64,000 nucleotides of DNA from Gammaproteobacteria bacterium (GTDB lineage Bacteria > Pseudomonadota > Gammaproteobacteria > CAJXQU01), in contig CBDEGZ010000003.1 in assembly GCA_965238175.1 (NCBI GenBank), forward strand, positions 576,001 to 640,000, written 5' to 3'. Below are positions 55,113-64,000 of the stretch, piece after piece (position 1 is the stretch's first letter; each line of letters starts with the position of its first letter). Below the pieces are notes generated by a model. The model had not been told where the DNA came from. It did not search any database and was given only the letters and a program-made list of their open reading frames with translations. A program made the position numbers and the translations under genes.

Positions 55113-55823
55113 ATGGCGCGCCTACCAAGAATAGTTATCCCAGACCAAGCACTGCATATCATGCACAGAGGCAATAATCGTCAAGTCATCTTTGAAACAG
55201 AAGAAGATTTTATAAGGCTTAAGGATGATATTAACCACACCTTATTAAAAGCAGACTGTCAGCTTCATGCCTATGTGATAATGAATAACCACCTACACTT
55301 ACTACTTACACCCAAAGATAAAGAGCAGCTCAAAGTCTTTATGCAATCGTTGAGTAATCGCTATGTGCGTTACTTCAATGCTGTACGAAAACGAACCGGC
55401 ACTCTTTGGGAAGGACGCTATAAATCTTGCTTAATCGACAGTGACAACTACCTGTTCACGCTCTATAAATACATCGAAATGAACCCGGTGAAAGCCAATA
55501 TTGTTGATAACTTAGAAGCCTATCGATGGTCGAGTTATCACCACAATGCGTTAGGAAAGAAAGACAAGCTCATCGCTACCCATCCACTCTATAAGAAATT
55601 AGGAAAGACATTTGATCAACAAACAGCTGCCTACAAGGCTTTGTTTGAAGGGTTAGACCTATCGCAAGATGTTGACATTACCCAAGCGACTCAAAAGGGT
55701 GAGGTTTTTGGTAAGGCGGGTTTTCATACACAAATGGCTGCAAAATTATCGAGACCGACAAAATTAACCTCGCACGGTGGAGATAGGAAAAGTGAGGCTT
55801 ATCGAGATAATCATGCTGGCTGA
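55113..55823 (+). CDS. RAYT-like HUH (Y1) tyrosine transposase
   Basis: MARLPR...HIMHRGNNRQ.IF, AYVIMNNHLHLL (HUH motif), GTLWEGRYKS, YIEMNPV.A, YRWSSY. The stop codon lies inside the inverted end repeat. Confidence 0.9.
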   Translation: MARLPRIVIPDQALHIMHRGNNRQVIFETEEDFIRLKDDINHTLLKADCQLHAYVIMNNHLHLLLTPKDKEQLKVFMQSLSNRYVRYFNAVRKRTGTLWEGRYKSCLIDSDNYLFTLYKYIEMNPVKANIVDNLEAYRWSSYHHNALGKKDKLIATHPLYKKLGKTFDQQTAAYKALFEGLDLSQDVDITQATQKGEVFGKAGFHTQMAAKLSRPTKLTSHGGDRKSEAYRDNHAG

Positions 55824-55874
55824 CCCCTTGATTCCGACCCCTTGATTCTTTAGCACGGGTATATATGCAGATTT

Positions 55875-56738
55875 TTATGCTGTTGCAGATAAAAAGGTAA
55901 CGCCAGAGACTATCAGCAAAACCCCACCCCACTGCGACCAACTCATTTTTTCTTTTAAGATAAATCTGGCTAGCAGTATTGTTACCACACAAAAACCTGA
56001 AGATGTGACTACAGCAATTTCGGCATTTTCTGTCCATGCAGCTAAGGTCAAGGCTGTCACTCCACAGGTATCCAGCAATCCTTGAAGAGTTATCAATCGC
56101 CAGCTTTTTACTATTGGGGCAGGTGAAATACGTTTTTTTATAAAAAAGCATCCGAGTACCAACAATCCGATCCCTCTTGTAAGGTAGATGGTTTGCATAC
56201 CTCCAAAGTACTCTGTTGCTGCTTGCGAGGTGGCGATAAAGATCCCAAATCCCAATGAGGAACATAAAGAAATAATTATGACACGTTGTAAATGTTGCTT
56301 GCTGTATTCTGGCTGCTTGAGGAAATGTCCGGAGGCCATTCCAACTATCCAAACACCTGCCAGCACACCGAATATTGTAAGCCATTGTACTAGGTTAGGA
56401 CGTGAACCAAGCACAACCGCTAATAGAAGGTTGAATACTGGGTAGCTACCGACAATAGGGGCAACAATTGTTACTGGACCTAATGCCAATGCTTGATACA
56501 AAAGTAGTGTTGAGACCATGACCAAAATACCCGAAACGATTAATAGCCATAGTTTGGAAAACTGCCAGATAAACTCAATGTCGTAGCACAAGAAAACTAT
56601 AGATAAGGCGATAATTCCTACCGCCATCATGCCAAATAGCGCTTGCTGATGTCCGATTGAGCGACTAGTGAATCGTGCGATGAAATCGGCACTTCCCCAA
56701 CCAAGTGCTGCAACAAGACCGTATAATCCAGCTGTCAT
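55875..56738 (-). CDS. EamA/DMT family transporter
   Basis: About 10 TM segments; AALGWGSADF, LYQALALGPVTIVAPI, LARFILKEKMSW.QW.G. Confidence 0.9.
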   Translation of the reverse strand: MTAGLYGLVAALGWGSADFIARFTSRSIGHQQALFGMMAVGIIALSIVFLCYDIEFIWQFSKLWLLIVSGILVMVSTLLLYQALALGPVTIVAPIVGSYPVFNLLLAVVLGSRPNLVQWLTIFGVLAGVWIVGMASGHFLKQPEYSKQHLQRVIIISLCSSLGFGIFIATSQAATEYFGGMQTIYLTRGIGLLVLGCFFIKKRISPAPIVKSWRLITLQGLLDTCGVTALTLAAWTENAEIAVVTSSGFCVVTILLARFILKEKMSWSQWGGVLLIVSGVTFLSATA

Positions 56739-56889
56739 AAATAGATGTCCTTACTCTGATTCAAGAGAGCCTTCGAAGCTCGATGAATTGTAAATAGCAT
56801 GCAATCAGAAATGTGGTGAGATTTAAATACACATTTGTATGTATTGAGTTGCTGTACGGTATAGATTATATGAGTTCATGTAGAAAAGT

Positions 56890-57008
56890 TTAGGGGCTGT
56901 TGATCTTTCATGCGCATTAATTGTGGAGGCTAAACTTCACACCTTTTGCCTTGTTGAGATCAAAAAACATTCCAGTAGTTGTGTGCATGAAAGATCAATA
57001 GCCCCTAA
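56890..57008. mobile_element. ~119-bp MITE-like element
   Basis: 24-bp terminal IRs ttaggggctgttgatctttcatgc and gcatgaaagatcaatagcccctaa (1 mismatch). Confidence 0.8.
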
Positions 57009-57050
57009 CTAAAAATACAAACTAATAGCGACTATATTAAGGATATTGTT

Positions 57051-57629
57051 ATGACAGATACAGAGATACCTGAAAATGAAAGATCGGATGCAATAGTTGA
57101 TTCCACTATTAGCAGTTTTATGAACTGGCAATGTAGTTTGAGACAACAGACCGTACGAATGGGAGATGGTAGACCGCTGCCGGGAATGTGTCCTGAAGTT
57201 GTTGTAGGTAGTAATGAGTTACTTGGCAGAATTGTTGTCGTAATGTTGAAAAAGGAGCTTCAAAATTATACGGCACAGTTTCAGCATATGGTCAAAAAGA
57301 CTCGCGATCCTATTGAGCGATGGGAAGCAGCAATCAATACACTTTCTACGTCTTACTATCAGCAAGCCGATACCTTTTCACCAAGGTTAACAGCATTATT
57401 TGGTCCAGATTCCCAAATAAGAGATCGACTCTTAGAAACGGGGCAGTGCACTTTAATGTTTGAACAAAATGGGCGAACGTTTGAAGTTCCTTGTGAAGTA
57501 TGCGATTTACCCGAGGAGAATCCAGAATACATAGGAACCTTCTGGCATAACAGCATGTTTAACCCTAATTTGCCGGGAGGTGTAAAGATTTTGAGTTTTG
57601 AGCCCGATTGGATCCAGGCTAAGTTTTGA
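57051..57629 (+). CDS. Hypothetical protein
   Basis: Clean ORF with an aagga RBS; conserved-looking FMNWQC..RQ..VR..DGRP and WHN.MFNP motifs; family not recognised. Confidence 0.75.
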   Translation: MTDTEIPENERSDAIVDSTISSFMNWQCSLRQQTVRMGDGRPLPGMCPEVVVGSNELLGRIVVVMLKKELQNYTAQFQHMVKKTRDPIERWEAAINTLSTSYYQQADTFSPRLTALFGPDSQIRDRLLETGQCTLMFEQNGRTFEVPCEVCDLPEENPEYIGTFWHNSMFNPNLPGGVKILSFEPDWIQAKF

Positions 57630-57861
57630 GAATGACGGTCGTTTCGCTATTGTGAAAATTGATCCAACTAATTGGATTACAAGAAAATATTTCTACCACC
57701 AAAGGAATATATGAAAAAGTAACCTGCTCGTTTACAGTTGGTTACAAGGAATAGTTCAACGGTATTTCAGCCATTGAGCTTTCTCTTAATAAAAATATAC
57801 TGGGCTAATAGTTTTCTAACTATGAAAAGGCCTTAAACAATAATAAAAGGGGATGTTAAGA

Positions 57862-59304
57862 ATGGATAATGAATTATCATCACTGGTAGTTATATTTACA
57901 GAGTTTTACTACTGGGTAACAGTAGTAATGATGTTTCTAATACATGTTGGATTCTGCATGTATGAGGTGGGTGTCACTCGTTATAAAAATCATTTGCACA
58001 CATTAATGAAGAACACAATGGTAATACCTTTGATTACTATTACATTCTTCTTCTTTGGTTGGTGGATCTATTTTGCCTTTCCAAACGGGCCGTTTATCAA
58101 CATGGCCGGTTTACAGGCTGAAGGCGGAGGCTTAGTTCCTTCTCCACATGCGTTACCATGGAGTGAGTTCATGGGTACACATATGGGTGGCTCAACTGTT
58201 CAAGAAGGTACTACAGCGGAAGATCATGGTTGGTGGGCACGTATCAACGGTGTATTCTGGGCGGCATTTTTGCTATTTTCATGGACAACCGCTTCTATTG
58301 TCTCAGGTGCTGTGATTGAACGAATTCGTTCTGGCGCATTCTGGATAATGGCAGTAGTTCTTGGTTCTGGACTTTGGATCCTTGATGCATCTTGGGGTTG
58401 GCACTGGGATGGCTGGATGGTCGCCAAGCTTGGTTATCATGATGCCTATGCCTCTGGAGTCGTACATGCCATTGCTGGTGGTTTTGCACTTGCAGTTTTG
58501 ATGGTGCTTGGACCACGTGTTGGTAAGTTTAGAGATGATGGTACACCTCGCGATATTCGTCCGCGTAGTCCTTGGTTGGTAACAGTAGGGATTTTTCTAA
58601 TTTTCACTGGTTTTTGGGGATTTTATGCAGCGTGTAATATCCCAATCATTGATTTCTACAGCGATGCGATGACTGCAAGGGGAGATGGTACGAGTTTTTT
58701 CACTGCTACTAATATTTATCTTGCACCAACGTCATTATCAGCGATTACCTTTAATTTTCTAATGGCTTTAGCTGGCGGACTGCTAGCGGGTTATTTTGTG
58801 TCTAAAGGTGATCCGTTCTGGTCTTACTCAGGTGGTTTAGCAGGTTTGATTACAGCATCTGCAGGTAATGATTTGTACCATCCGATACAAGCGATGATTA
58901 TTTCAATGATTGGTGTAGTTATTATTTACAATATGCACTATTGGGTTGAACGTAAATTCAAGCTTGATGATGCGGTAGGCGCAGTCGCAGTTCATGGCTA
59001 TGCTGGTTTTCTTGGTGTCGTTATTGCTGGCTTCATGCTATGGGGTTACCCGGCATCACCATTCCTAGAAGTTACAGTTACTCCATGGGGTAATTTTCTA
59101 GGTGCGCTTATTATGTTCTTTGGTTTGGGATTCTTCCCAGGTTTGATCTTAGCGCTAATTCTGAACAGTATGGGTATATTACGTATCCCACGAGCTGTTG
59201 AGATTGCTGGTCTTGATCTGGACTATATGGTCGAAGATGAAAATGCCAGTAAGGATATTGATGAAGCAGTTCGAGAAGAAGCAAAAAAAATGGGCATTCT
59301 TTAA
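57862..59304 (+). CDS. Divergent ammonium transporter (Amt family)
   Basis: MFLIHVGF.MYE.G, IVSGAVIER, HDAYASGVVH, LGPRVGKF, DDAVGAVAVHG; about 11 TM segments. RBS spacing favours ATG 57862. Confidence 0.9.
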   Translation: MDNELSSLVVIFTEFYYWVTVVMMFLIHVGFCMYEVGVTRYKNHLHTLMKNTMVIPLITITFFFFGWWIYFAFPNGPFINMAGLQAEGGGLVPSPHALPWSEFMGTHMGGSTVQEGTTAEDHGWWARINGVFWAAFLLFSWTTASIVSGAVIERIRSGAFWIMAVVLGSGLWILDASWGWHWDGWMVAKLGYHDAYASGVVHAIAGGFALAVLMVLGPRVGKFRDDGTPRDIRPRSPWLVTVGIFLIFTGFWGFYAACNIPIIDFYSDAMTARGDGTSFFTATNIYLAPTSLSAITFNFLMALAGGLLAGYFVSKGDPFWSYSGGLAGLITASAGNDLYHPIQAMIISMIGVVIIYNMHYWVERKFKLDDAVGAVAVHGYAGFLGVVIAGFMLWGYPASPFLEVTVTPWGNFLGALIMFFGLGFFPGLILALILNSMGILRIPRAVEIAGLDLDYMVEDENASKDIDEAVREEAKKMGIL

Positions 59305-59343
59305 GAATAAATTAATAAATTTCATAATCAGGAGTACATTGTT

Positions 59344-59565
59344 ATGTCAACTGGAGTTGAAACTTGGGCAGATGTTCATACTTTAGGCGCAGTTTATCCT
59401 TTCGCCGGTAGTGAATTTATGCTGACCGTTGTAGGAGTAACTTTATGGGGTGTCTGGCATTTTTGGCAGTTAGCGAATGAAGCTAAAGAACTCGACACTG
59501 AGGCTACAGAGTTAAAAGATAAAGCGAGGATCAGTAAGATTCTTGAGAGTAAATCAATTAATTAG
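59344..59565 (+). CDS. Small single-TM protein co-transcribed with amt
   Basis: aggag RBS; GAVYPFAGSE plus TM segment plus WHFWQ; starts 39 nt after the amt stop. Confidence 0.75.
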   Translation: MSTGVETWADVHTLGAVYPFAGSEFMLTVVGVTLWGVWHFWQLANEAKELDTEATELKDKARISKILESKSIN

Positions 59566-59616
59566 GAGTAAGAAAGTAATTTCTTAACTTTTCAATAGTT
59601 GATAGTCACTTTGCAC

Positions 59617-59653
59617 ATCCCCTGGGTATCTTAGGTATCCAGGGGATTTTTTA
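59617..59653 (+). terminator. Rho-independent terminator of the amt operon
   Basis: atcccctgggtatc-tta-ggtatccaggggat followed by a T tract. Confidence 0.8.
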
Positions 59654-59837
59654 TTTCTAAACTGCTGATAATATGAACAGTCTAAGTTTATACCCGTGCT
59701 ACTTGGAATTGCAGATTTCGGCGAGCCCAAGGGTCTACACAGCAAGGCAGCCACTGAATCCTGCAGTTTCAAGTAGCACAGGTATATACATTGGGCTTAA
59801 AGTCTAAGACTTTTAATTTTAATTAAGGTGTATCTCA

Positions 59838-60341
59838 ATGATCGGTCGTATGTTAGAAGGGTATCCAAGCAAACCTGCTGTTGTTGTTGCAATCATTCTT
59901 ACCATAGGTGTCATGTCATACTATTATTACGATTTGAACCGAACGTGTATAGGTAATGATACGAGTCGATCTCTGCTTTTTTCTTTGGTAGAAAAGAATC
60001 AAAGTAACAAAATTCATCTTGTGAACGCAATAGATTTCAAATGGGACAATGCAAGAATTATTGTTGATTATAAAACTGAGGGTAAATCTTTAGACTGTCC
60101 TTTTGGTTGGGGGTGGAGCCAGGAATATCGACAAGAATTAATGAGTAAGGGAATGCTAAATATGATTGTTTTTACCTGGAAAGGTGTGGTGATATCTTAC
60201 CTTGATCTCGATCGAAGTATGCTTGATTTTGAGCTGCGTGAAACATTACTTACTCCTGATAAAGCCGTGTTCTTAGTTAGAAAAAAAGAGCAAGGGAAAC
60301 CGGGTTACTTGTTGTTTCAAAACGAATCCATTCTAAAATAG
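59838..60341 (+). CDS. Hypothetical membrane-anchored protein
   Basis: aaggtg RBS; N-terminal TM segment followed by a soluble domain. Confidence 0.65.
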   Translation: MIGRMLEGYPSKPAVVVAIILTIGVMSYYYYDLNRTCIGNDTSRSLLFSLVEKNQSNKIHLVNAIDFKWDNARIIVDYKTEGKSLDCPFGWGWSQEYRQELMSKGMLNMIVFTWKGVVISYLDLDRSMLDFELRETLLTPDKAVFLVRKKEQGKPGYLLFQNESILK

Positions 60342-60374
60342 ATCGAAGAAAATTTTATAGTCATACTCGTGAAC

Positions 60375-62522
60375 TTATCGTTGTGTAGAAAGTTCTTCCC
60401 ACGGCCACTTAGGCGTATGAAGTATAGTTTCAATGGTGGAAAAATTAACAGGTTTACAGATATTTGAACCTTGCAAATAATTGGGGTTGAGTTTGCGTAT
60501 TGAATCAATATTTGTATCTGGGTAGATATTACAAATAATGACAGGAATATTGTGGCTATGTACAAAATTAATTTTGGATTTGATCATGTGGTAGTGGTCG
60601 TGACTAACAGGGCTATCTGGGTTTTTGATCATGATCATATCTGTATTAGTATTTTTTAATTCATTATCAAACAGCATTCCTGGACCTTGTAATTCAACAC
60701 ATTTACTAAAATTGTTTTTACTACATAAGTCCTGAAGCAAATCAGATTGTTTTTTTGTTAGAGATTGATTCTCTTCATCTGTGAGATAAAGATAATATCG
60801 AACTCTACTACTCAGATTTTTTAGCATAAGACGATCCAATCTTTTTATGAAAGTTTCGTGCAAATAATAAGAATTGAAAAAATCGAAGATGATAAAAAAA
60901 TCTGGTTCGAAGTAAGTTAGAGCATCGCTATTGATGATCTGTTTATCTAGAATATCAAGAATATGATTATTGATTTTATCTGAAATTCTTTTTTCATTTA
61001 CTACTGACAAATAGTCCTTAAGATAGATTGTACCTCTACGTGGGTGTTCCCAAACCAGAATGGTCTCAACACCGGAGATCAGGTCACTTTCTGACGAAAC
61101 TATAGGCTGATAGAGTAGATTAATTTCATCATTACTTATTGCGTTATTGATATCTGCTTCAAAGCGAGAAAGTAAAGAGACTTTAAGGTTCAATTTTTCG
61201 TCAAAAATTTCATCACAACCACCACCCAATACTTTAGCTCTAATTAAAGCAGTATTTGCATCTCGAATAACGTGGTTGTGATCAGAGTATTGAGGTGAGC
61301 TGGTCGCAATACCAACACTTACGGTTATAAATAGATTCGAGTTTTCTAATATTATCGATGTTGATAAGCTGTTGTGAATTTTTTCTGTGAAATTAGTAAT
61401 CTCATCGAGTGATGAGATATTCTCAATTAATATTGCAAACTTATCATCTTTAATCATACAGATCGTATCAAGAGGTCTCATAATATCTGATAAGGTTTGT
61501 TGCATCTGGATTCGTACTTTGTTGCGACTTTCTTCACTAAAGTTCATAAGTAATTTATTTATTCTATCTGCTTGAACCATCAGTAAAGCAAAATTAAAGT
61601 CATTGAGCTCACTAGATCGGGTGACAGCTAGCATCAACCTGTCCATGAATAAATGTCGGTGTGTTAGATCTGTATTACCCACATATAGAGTATCATTTAA
61701 TGATTGTAGATAGTCTTTTTTCCAACTGGTGATGTTGGTCATATGACCTTCAAGGCTTAACAATTCACCGTTGGATGAATAATTTCCTTGTCCTCGTTCC
61801 CAGATCCATTTTTCTTCGCCTTTAATCGTTGTTATTTGATATATGAGTTCAAAAGGAGTGCGATCATTTAAAGCCAGTTGAACTTCATTCCATACGTTTT
61901 CTCTATCTTCCGGATGAATTAGTGATGCAAATGTTACGGATTTATTTATCAAGTCTTCAGGCTTATAACCTGTCAGTTTATAACAGCCTGATGAAACATA
62001 CTCCATAGTCCAGTCATGATCATTTCTTCCTCGATATATAAGACCACTCAGGTTATCGACAAGGCTTGATAAGCTACGGTGTGTTGCTTCAAACTCACCT
62101 GCCTCACGTACTTCATCACTAATATCTGTTAACGATCCAACGATGACCGGAGTAGTTTCATCAAATTTGTTAGCATGCAAACTTGCCCAGAAAAAATTTT
62201 CTTCCTTAGAAATAAAACGTACCTTTATATGAAAGTGTTCTTTCTCTTTTTTAATTAAACTTATAATATTCTGGTTGCATAAATCACGATCATTTGGATG
62301 AACAAACTCAAGAAAATTTTTGCCTAGACTTTCTTCAAGAGAAAATCCAGTAAATGTTACCCACGTTCCATTTAAAAAAATCCAGCTTCCAGCTACATCT
62401 ATCTGGAATATAACTTGATTGAGGTGTTCAATTAGATCTAATGAGCTGTTTAATAAATCTCTGGAAGGTTTGCTTCTAGATTTTATTATAGCCGGCAGCA
62501 AGATTTTTTTTAAAAAATTCAT
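60375..62522 (-). CDS. PAS-PAS-GGDEF-EAL protein with degenerate catalytic motifs
   Basis: Two PAS/PAC domains (FVHPNDR; LIHPEDR...KWIWERG). The GGDEF site reads IKDDKF; the EAL site reads YQPIV...GVETIL. Confidence 0.85.
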   Translation of the reverse strand: MNFLKKILLPAIIKSRSKPSRDLLNSSLDLIEHLNQVIFQIDVAGSWIFLNGTWVTFTGFSLEESLGKNFLEFVHPNDRDLCNQNIISLIKKEKEHFHIKVRFISKEENFFWASLHANKFDETTPVIVGSLTDISDEVREAGEFEATHRSLSSLVDNLSGLIYRGRNDHDWTMEYVSSGCYKLTGYKPEDLINKSVTFASLIHPEDRENVWNEVQLALNDRTPFELIYQITTIKGEEKWIWERGQGNYSSNGELLSLEGHMTNITSWKKDYLQSLNDTLYVGNTDLTHRHLFMDRLMLAVTRSSELNDFNFALLMVQADRINKLLMNFSEESRNKVRIQMQQTLSDIMRPLDTICMIKDDKFAILIENISSLDEITNFTEKIHNSLSTSIILENSNLFITVSVGIATSSPQYSDHNHVIRDANTALIRAKVLGGGCDEIFDEKLNLKVSLLSRFEADINNAISNDEINLLYQPIVSSESDLISGVETILVWEHPRRGTIYLKDYLSVVNEKRISDKINNHILDILDKQIINSDALTYFEPDFFIIFDFFNSYYLHETFIKRLDRLMLKNLSSRVRYYLYLTDEENQSLTKKQSDLLQDLCSKNNFSKCVELQGPGMLFDNELKNTNTDMIMIKNPDSPVSHDHYHMIKSKINFVHSHNIPVIICNIYPDTNIDSIRKLNPNYLQGSNICKPVNFSTIETILHTPKWPWEELSTQR

Positions 62523-62597
62523 GAATAATATTTTTTATAAATAAGCCGAAAAAAATATTGCCGATAGTTGATAATGAAATTACTAAAACTAATTGTG

Positions 62598-63251
62598 TTA
62601 GACATCTTTATGTTCTAAAGCCCAAACAGCTGCTTCTAATCGAGACTTAAGCTTCAATTTTCGCAAAAGATTTTTAACATGAACTTTCACTGTGCCGTCA
62701 CTGATTTCAAGCTTTCTTGCAATTACTTTATTACACGAACCTTCTGAAATATATGACAAAATTTCAGATTCTCTATTTGTCAAAGAGGATTTGTCAGTGG
62801 GAGAGTCATACTTGTCTTCCCTAATTGCTTGGGACAATATTGAAGCTAATGAGTCATCAAGCACAGTTTCGCCTTTTGCTGCTTGTCTAATTTTATTGAG
62901 CATATCTTCAGGCTCAGAATCCTTTAGTAGATAACCATCTGCACCTAAACGAATAGCTGTGACCAGGTCTTTCTCAACGTCAGATACAGTTAACATGATT
63001 ACCAGCGAATCAAGATCTGTTTCTTTAATATATTTTAATACTTGAAAGCCATCCATCTGCTTCATATTTAGATCAAGTAGGATAAGGTCAGGTTTTTTAA
63101 GGTTTGCAATCTGAATACCTTCTTTACCTGATGCAGATTCACCGACAACATTTAAATCATTTTGTGAGTTTATGAGCTGTACAACGCCTTTTCGAAATAA
63201 AGGGTGATCATCAATAATCAGTACGGAATTTATTTCTGGTTCTAGCTCCAT
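62598..63251 (-). CDS. NarL/NarP-family response regulator
   Basis: IIDDHPLFRKG, LLDLNM, LTVSD, GADGYLLKD, LTNRE...TVKVHVKNLLRKL. GGAG RBS favours ATG 63251. Confidence 0.92.
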   Translation of the reverse strand: MELEPEINSVLIIDDHPLFRKGVVQLINSQNDLNVVGESASGKEGIQIANLKKPDLILLDLNMKQMDGFQVLKYIKETDLDSLVIMLTVSDVEKDLVTAIRLGADGYLLKDSEPEDMLNKIRQAAKGETVLDDSLASILSQAIREDKYDSPTDKSSLTNRESEILSYISEGSCNKVIARKLEISDGTVKVHVKNLLRKLKLKSRLEAAVWALEHKDV

Positions 63252-63268
63252 TTCTATTTCTCCAGGAT

Positions 63269-64000
63269 TCAATCAGAAGATTGATTATTCGTATTAAATT
63301 TTATCAAAACAATAGTCCCACCACCCAAATTTTCTTTAAACTGAATATTCCCATTTAATGCTAACACTCTTTCTTGCATAATAATGATCCCATGATGTCT
63401 ATCACGGTTATATGTTTTCGGTAATCCAATACCGTTGTCCTCAATGCGGATACTGATTGGAGAGTTATTATTATAGTGTAAAGATACTTGTGCAGTAGTA
63501 GCTTGAGAGTGTCTGATCATATTTGATAAACCTTCACGAATGATTTGTAGGAGTTGGACTTCTTCAGGCACTGATAATAAATTTTCCGGTATTCTGTTAT
63601 CGACATTAATATCAATAATACTCCTGTTCGAAAATTCTCTTATGGAATCATTTAATGCTTGTTTAAAGCCTCTCCCACCTAAGGTAATTCTGTAAGATGA
63701 CATGAGTTCTCGAAGGTGGCGATATGCAATATTTAATGACGTTCGTAATTCCTGGATCACATTATCAATAACCAGCGCATCATCATTTGATAAAGCAGAT
63801 ACTGAAATTATTTCTTGTAATCGGCTTACTTGAATTTTCATATAAGATAGAGACTGGGCAATGGAATCGTGCAGTTCTCGTGCGATTGATGCACGCTCAT
63901 CATACTGAACATTTCTAATATTTTCTTCAGTTAGTCTTGAGATATAGAGAATGTTAGCCATGAATTTCGAATATAATTTGAAAGTATCTTCGACCTGTTT
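63269..64000 (-). CDS. NarX/NarQ-like HisKA_3 sensor kinase, 5'-partial
   Basis: ERASIARELHDSIAQSLSY, QIIREGLSN..RHS, EDNGIG, HHGIIIMQER; the frame stays open to the window end. Confidence 0.9.
   Translation of the reverse strand, partial: KQVEDTFKLYSKFMANILYISRLTEENIRNVQYDERASIARELHDSIAQSLSYMKIQVSRLQEIISVSALSNDDALVIDNVIQELRTSLNIAYRHLRELMSSYRITLGGRGFKQALNDSIREFSNRSIIDINVDNRIPENLLSVPEEVQLLQIIREGLSNMIRHSQATTAQVSLHYNNNSPISIRIEDNGIGLPKTYNRDRHHGIIIMQERVLALNGNIQFKENLGGGTIVLIKFNTNNQSSD

Larger units (their letters stand above)
54751..55848. repeat. GGGGTCAGCC-core repeat set around the RAYT gene
   Basis: Direct copies at 54751-54767, 54772-54800 and 55058-55086 (aaaccaaggggtcagcca.cttgatattt); inverted copies at 55815-55833 and 55836-55848 (partial). 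Confidence 0.85.

Noticed and set aside
55678-56385. 235-aa minus-strand ORF and the many other short overlapping ORFs in the track
   Set aside because: They are shadow frames of well-supported genes (EamA, RAYT, Rhs, pyr, ntr) with no recognisable motifs.

Overview
A 64-kb window of a bacterial chromosome, most likely a Gammaproteobacterium (inferred from the gshB-tonB-yqgE-yqgF-pyrRBC', hemCDXY, fadBA and ntrBC gene order). Core blocks (ntrBC, MCP, fadBA, pyr, gshB, hem) alternate with accessory DNA. (1) 1-3.7 kb: a 5'-truncated gene with >=23 near-identical 66-bp repeats, fused to an animal-type heme peroxidase domain whose distal His appears replaced by Asn. (2) 3.7-8.6 kb: IS relics around an orphan, convergent pair of T2SS genes. 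(3) 12.1-14.7 kb: an IS481 carrying a nested IS1111-group IS110 element. Its downstream non-coding region has short matches to both the target site and the element's own ends (bridge/seekRNA-like). (4) 36.8-39.1 kb: two tRNA-Phe-derived att scars bracketing helicase and HipA relics and a vapBC pair. (5) 39.6-55.9 kb: a large secreted adhesin, then a ~3300-aa protein with two complete Rhs cores in tandem, a probable immunity gene, and a RAYT-like HUH transposase whose GGGGTCAGCC end repeats also bracket a fragment of a paralogous Rhs gene. (6) 57-64 kb: a divergent Amt with a small membrane partner, and a NarX/NarL-like pair with a degenerate PAS-GGDEF-EAL protein. The strongest candidates for a new system are the double Rhs with its RAYT module and the IS1111 apparently programmed against the end of another IS. 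All calls come from reading motifs by eye; no database searches were run.
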